From Promethearchaeota archaeon (lineage in GTDB: Archaea > Asgardarchaeota > Lokiarchaeia > Sigyniarchaeales > SOKP01), in the NCBI GenBank assembly GCA_019057865.1, contig JAHLWP010000001.1, positions 178,668 to 242,667 on the forward strand: a DNA stretch of 64,000 nucleotides. The letters run 5' to 3'. Positions 61,368 through 64,000 of the stretch are shown piece after piece. The position numbers and the translations under genes are program-made. Each line of letters opens with the position of its first letter. Position 1 is the first letter of the stretch. The notes beneath the pieces were generated by a model. That model did no database searches, was not told where the DNA came from, and worked only from the letters and a program-made list of their open reading frames with translations.

Positions 61368-62606
61368 TTGACTCGAATTTTTAAAAACAGTGATAAAAAA
61401 AAATTTGCTAATGATCATATCTCAAAGAAATCATTAAGGAACTTACAAAAACTATTACCTCCTTATGTAAAAAAAAGAATTTTATTAGAACAAAAGAAAA
61501 ATAAGATAGATGTTTATGCATTGTTTAATTTATTGAAATTTATATACATTGGTCAACACATTAGGACCTATGGATTATTATTAGACGATTGTCATGAAAG
61601 ATTTCAGTCAATTAATGGTTTAATAGAAATTTTGTTTGAATTAAATCTAATAGAATGTAGTCGAACTAAAACAAAATCATTTAAAAATCTAAATTTAATT
61701 ACTACTACTTCTTATGGTAAAAAAAATACTTCTGAATTATTAAAATATTATTTAGATAACTTAGGATTTAATGAGATAATTAACAAGTTTGAAGAATTTT
61801 TACTTTTCTATATTTATGAAAAGAAAATAATCGAAATAGATAATAGCTTTAGATATTATGCTGGTCCGAAAGTGGGAATATATGATATTTTTTTTAGAGG
61901 CGAATTAAATAATATAGCTGAATGGTCCGCCCCATTCTATCAAAAAATACAAGAATTATTTCTTCTATTAAAAGATGAGTATAATATAGCTGTAAAAGTA
62001 ACTAATTATGTTTCAACAGGATACGGACAAAAAAGACAACTTAAATTACTTATTCCCTATGAATTTATTAATTGGTTAGAAGATAAAATTAAAAATCTTA
62101 ATATTTTGCATTGTAGAAATCTTTTAAAAATTATCAAATTAAGTGCAGGAAGAGCTTACTTTTTTATCAATTTTTTAAGGAACTATGATATAGTGGATTA
62201 TAATAAAGCTCTGGAATATTATTCGAAAGATATTGAAGATTTGATTAAAAATCAGATTTATAGTTTAGAAAATAATGAGATAATTAACCTTAAAGAAAGC
62301 TTTATCAGAAATAAAAATCTGCTACTTCCTCCTTTTGAAATTATTTCTCAAGATGCTTATTTAAGAACTTGTGGTTTACAAGAACAGGAATTAATAACAA
62401 GCTTAAATGATAAAATAAGTAAATTATTATCTAACGTTTATTTAAAAGATTTTGAATTTCCCTCAGAAGAGCTTAGTGTCGAATCTGAAGAGTATAAATC
62501 CCTTCTTACAAAACATCGGTGGAGAATTGAAAAATGCCCTAGTTGTGGGACAAAAATTTCTGACATTGAGCAAAGATTTTGTGAAAAATGTGGAAAAAAA
62601 CTTTAA
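61368..62606 (+). CDS. Hypothetical protein with wHTH-like segments and C-terminal zinc ribbon
   Basis: LITTTSYGK wing-like motif; CPSCG...CEKCG at the C-terminus. Confidence 0.6.
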   Translation: MTRIFKNSDKKKFANDHISKKSLRNLQKLLPPYVKKRILLEQKKNKIDVYALFNLLKFIYIGQHIRTYGLLLDDCHERFQSINGLIEILFELNLIECSRTKTKSFKNLNLITTTSYGKKNTSELLKYYLDNLGFNEIINKFEEFLLFYIYEKKIIEIDNSFRYYAGPKVGIYDIFFRGELNNIAEWSAPFYQKIQELFLLLKDEYNIAVKVTNYVSTGYGQKRQLKLLIPYEFINWLEDKIKNLNILHCRNLLKIIKLSAGRAYFFINFLRNYDIVDYNKALEYYSKDIEDLIKNQIYSLENNEIINLKESFIRNKNLLLPPFEIISQDAYLRTCGLQEQELITSLNDKISKLLSNVYLKDFEFPSEELSVESEEYKSLLTKHRWRIEKCPSCGTKISDIEQRFCEKCGKKL

Positions 62607-62895
62607 ATAGAAATATTAGAATAGCTGTGTGTCCAGAGTGTTTAAATAAAGAAAAAGAGAATTAAGAAAGGAATTCCATCAAAATGTATAACCGTTTCCC
62701 TATTTTTAGAAAAAAATCTTTTATATCGAATTTAATTCAAAAAATAAAGACAAGCAAATTCATCCATTTTTCGCTTCAATCCTTTGGTATATATTGCAAA
62801 TAGAAATATCGAACACAAAGTTGACTATTTATTTCATTTTTTTGATGAATAAGCTACGTCTATATGTTGTTTTGAAGTAATGATCTCGCAATCTT

Positions 62896-63540
62896 TTAAG
62901 TCCCTTTTGGACGCGAGATAATTTTCCATAAGCCTATTTTTAAAGTATTATAAAAAATAGAATTTAAAACCTTAATTTCTTCATCATCATAGGCCATTCT
63001 AAAATAAGGTTTAGAAAGATCATGATACCTAAAGCTCTCATTTGCTTTCTCTAAGATATTATTGTAAAAATTCTTTTTTAATTACTTATCTTTATTTTCA
63101 GATACATAAGATGCGAAAATTAACCCATATATTTCATTTGTTTTAGATAATAAATTTACATTATAACCTCCATAAGTTTTTTCTTCAAAAACATGTAATT
63201 GATTTCTAAATTTTTTTAAAGTAGTAGTTATTTCATCCTTTGCATCATAGTGCCATAATCTATGTCTATTTCTCAAATATTTTGCTTCAATCATTCCATA
63301 AATTTCAATATTTCGCAAATTTTTCCCTCTAAATAGACAGATATCAATCCTTTGCTCACCTTCTTTATAAACATTAACAAGGGCAAGGACTTTTCTATCT
63401 GATTCTTTATAAACATGAAAACAAAATTCTTTTACAAGATAATCTTCTAGCTTTCCAATTAATTGAAGGTATGCAATTTTTTCTTTTTGCATTTGAAGAT
63501 GTTCTAAAAATGAATAAAATAAAGGGGTTACACCTTTCAT
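62896..63540 (-). pseudogene. PD-(D/E)XK nuclease-like gene interrupted by one in-frame TAA (63082-63084)
   Basis: LEDYLVKEF...RIDICL...IEAKY. After NKDK* the same frame continues for 61 sense codons (LKKNFYNNILEK...LKIGLWKIISRPKGT) to a TAA at 62896-62898. Confidence 0.65.
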
Positions 63541-63832
63541 GCTTACTGGTATATTAGGATATTTTTTCTTCTCTTTTACAGTGGGAAATCAGTTAAATAT
63601 TATATAGAATAGAGAATATATAAGTCTTTAAAAAAATAAAAATCAAGTATCAAAAGACTTATATATTTAAGACTCCATAATAATCACAGATCGCCAAAAT
63701 TATGCGATCAAGCATTGGAATTCTCAGTAAATAGTGTTAAGTAAGGATCTAGAAAAGTAAAGAGTATACGAGCTTGGATGATTAGAAAAGGATAAAACTA
63801 TTTAGTAGATAATATAGAAAGCGTACAGATAT

Positions 63833-64000
63833 GGATTAGGCTTGTTTTAAGATTTGATATGTATGCTATGGGTTTGAGTATTTAGCTTTTTCGTGTTATA
63901 GGGTTTGTTAGATTAGGATTAGGCTTGTTTTAAGATTTGATATGTATGCTATGGGTTTGAGTATTTAGCTTTTTCGTGTTATAGGGTTTGTTAGATTAGG
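63833..64000 (+). repeat. Exact 83-bp tandem repeat (2 full copies plus the first 2 nt of a possible third), running off the window end
   Basis: GGATTAGGCTTGTTTTAAGATTTGATATGTATGCTATGGGTTTGAGTATTTAGCTTTTTCGTGTTATAGGGTTTGTTAGATTA at 63833-63915 and 63916-63998. Confidence 0.95.

Noticed and set aside
14611-63084. Genome-wide stop-codon reassignment
   Set aside because: TAA, TAG and TGA all terminate conserved genes at their expected ends in this window, and the interruptions use two different codons.
63700-63832. Purine-rich coding-like stretch before the tandem repeat
   Set aside because: It contains multiple stops and no recognisable motif.
63833-64000. Possible CRISPR array
   Set aside because: The units are contiguous identical 83-mers with no unique spacers, and no cas genes are present in the window.
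1-64000. Selenoprotein (in-frame TGA plus SECIS)
   Set aside because: I found no gene with an in-frame TGA at a catalytic Cys position and could not support a SECIS by eye.
48200-64000. A defined provirus or integrative element with att sites
   Set aside because: No integrase, capsid or replication gene is visible, and I saw no duplicated tRNA 3' end. Only the accessory character of the region is supported.

Overview
This is an AT-rich archaeal chromosomal window, most likely from an Asgard archaeon of the Lokiarchaeia/Promethearchaeota type. The assignment is inferred from archaeal core genes (rps8e, srp19, psmB, archaeal gltX/thrS, sepS, ribK/ribL) together with a Rab-like GTPase, roadblock and longin-like proteins, and methanogen-type markers (mtxX, mfnD). 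Bases 1-380 are the 3' end of an IS transposase. About 0.4-48 kb is mostly housekeeping and metabolic. It contains two tRNAs (Pro-GGG, Arg-GCG) that each carry two BHB introns, a free-standing LAGLIDADG gene after tRNA-Arg, and a putative lipid/amide catabolic run (SDR, two SCP2-like paralogs, aldehyde dehydrogenase, two amidases). It also contains a membrane-tethered bPH_2-HTH regulator with two palindromic operators, and a cluster of two HGSNAT-like acyltransferases, a GT87-like glycosyltransferase and a Rab-like GTPase. From about 48.3 kb the window is accessory. It holds a three-gene operon (stand-alone Cdc48 N-domain, tail-anchored TPR protein, and a ~1295-codon membrane HerA/VirB4-like pseudo-ATPase split by one in-frame TAA). 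This is followed by a defence-like island (three PD-(D/E)XK nucleases, an HhH glycosylase-like protein, a PycTM-like membrane protein, a divergent TFB) and an exact 83-bp G/T-rich tandem repeat that runs off the window end. Three long genes are each interrupted by a single in-frame stop. All calls rest on motif recognition by eye; no database search was run.
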